DNA from: Phoronis australis
Lineage: Eukaryota; Animalia; Phoronida
Reading direction: 5' to 3'
Assembly: GCA_002633005.1 (NCBI GenBank)
Contig: NMRA01000183.1
Location: 291,371 to 355,370 of the forward strand
DNA: 64,000 bases
Positions within the stretch are counted from its first letter, which is position 1. Each line of letters opens with the position of its first letter. A model generated the notes under the pieces. The model had not been told where the DNA came from, made no database searches, and worked only from the letters and a program-made list of their open reading frames with translations. Positions 63,252-64,000 of the stretch are shown one piece after another. Made by a program: the position numbers and the translations under genes.

Positions 63252-64000
63252 CTATGTAATGGATCAAAAAAAGTTTGGTTAATTAGTACCAGAGTCGATG
63301 TTATCTTCTATCACACCATGCTTTTTACATATACAACCAGCAGTCAACAGAAGACCAGGCAATCGTTTTTTGCGAAGACATGCACACACGAACACGCACG
63401 TACGCACGCCTTCATGCACACCAGCAACAAACATTGAATGTTCTCGTCAAATAAAATGACGAACGGGTTATTTAAAGGCTTACAGTACGACGCGTACAAT
63501 TTAATAATCAGACCGATTGCAAAAAATAATTATTCGATCTATCCCTTGATGTCGTGACGTCAGTTCATTTCCAGCAGGTTCGTGTCTTCGTCTACGGAAT
63601 CTAAAAAAAGAAATTCGTGAGAGAGGTAAATAATACAACAAACTACTGGCAATTGTAGTTGAAAGGTTTGGACTGGAGTACAAGTTATAACCAAACTTTG
63701 CTATGTAATGTATGCAATCTACACAGAAATATGTGGTATACTCCCTGCCTCTGGACTGCAGATCATCTAAGTAAGTTTTGATGGTTTCTGACTATAGCAC
63801 CTTCATAAATACTTCATCTAAACCATTTTATACGTGGCCTATGATTAGTGACAATAATTGTAGTGCTATACCCGACTAGATCATCTATAAATCATTTTTA
63901 AAATGTAACGGAACATTAAACAAGTTTTATACTCAATAGTATCTGCGCACTGCACGTCGCCATGCACTCGAAACGAACAAGAGATACATGTACCTGGCAA

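Overview
Intron-rich, transposon-rich animal genomic DNA, most likely from an invertebrate (about 39% GC by eye). There is one assembly gap at 31909-32328 and no prokaryotic systems. Two spliced host genes were rebuilt by hand from GT-AG sites and codon phase. (1) A complete 5-exon gene on + (10272-21007, about 467 aa) encodes a stand-alone ATP-grasp ligase matching the C-terminal half of carnosine synthase (CARNS1), with altered motif residues. (2) The 3' part of a large gene on - (28317 to at least 63251, continuing past the window, about 970 aa visible) has 22 symmetric phase-1 exons, each encoding one EGF-like module, and ends in an atypical chitin-binding type 2 (CBM14) domain. The ORF track misses most of this gene. 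Introns and intergenic DNA hold many mobile elements: two Penelope-like retroelements with minimal hammerhead motifs (one also carries a tRNA-like segment, an inverted terminal copy and an 11-bp TSD), a Gypsy element with identical 130-bp LTRs, RTE and HERO LINEs, BEL/Pao and Gypsy remnants, Academ-like and Kolobok-like DNA transposons, and several MITE families. Family assignments come from recognised motifs, not database searches.
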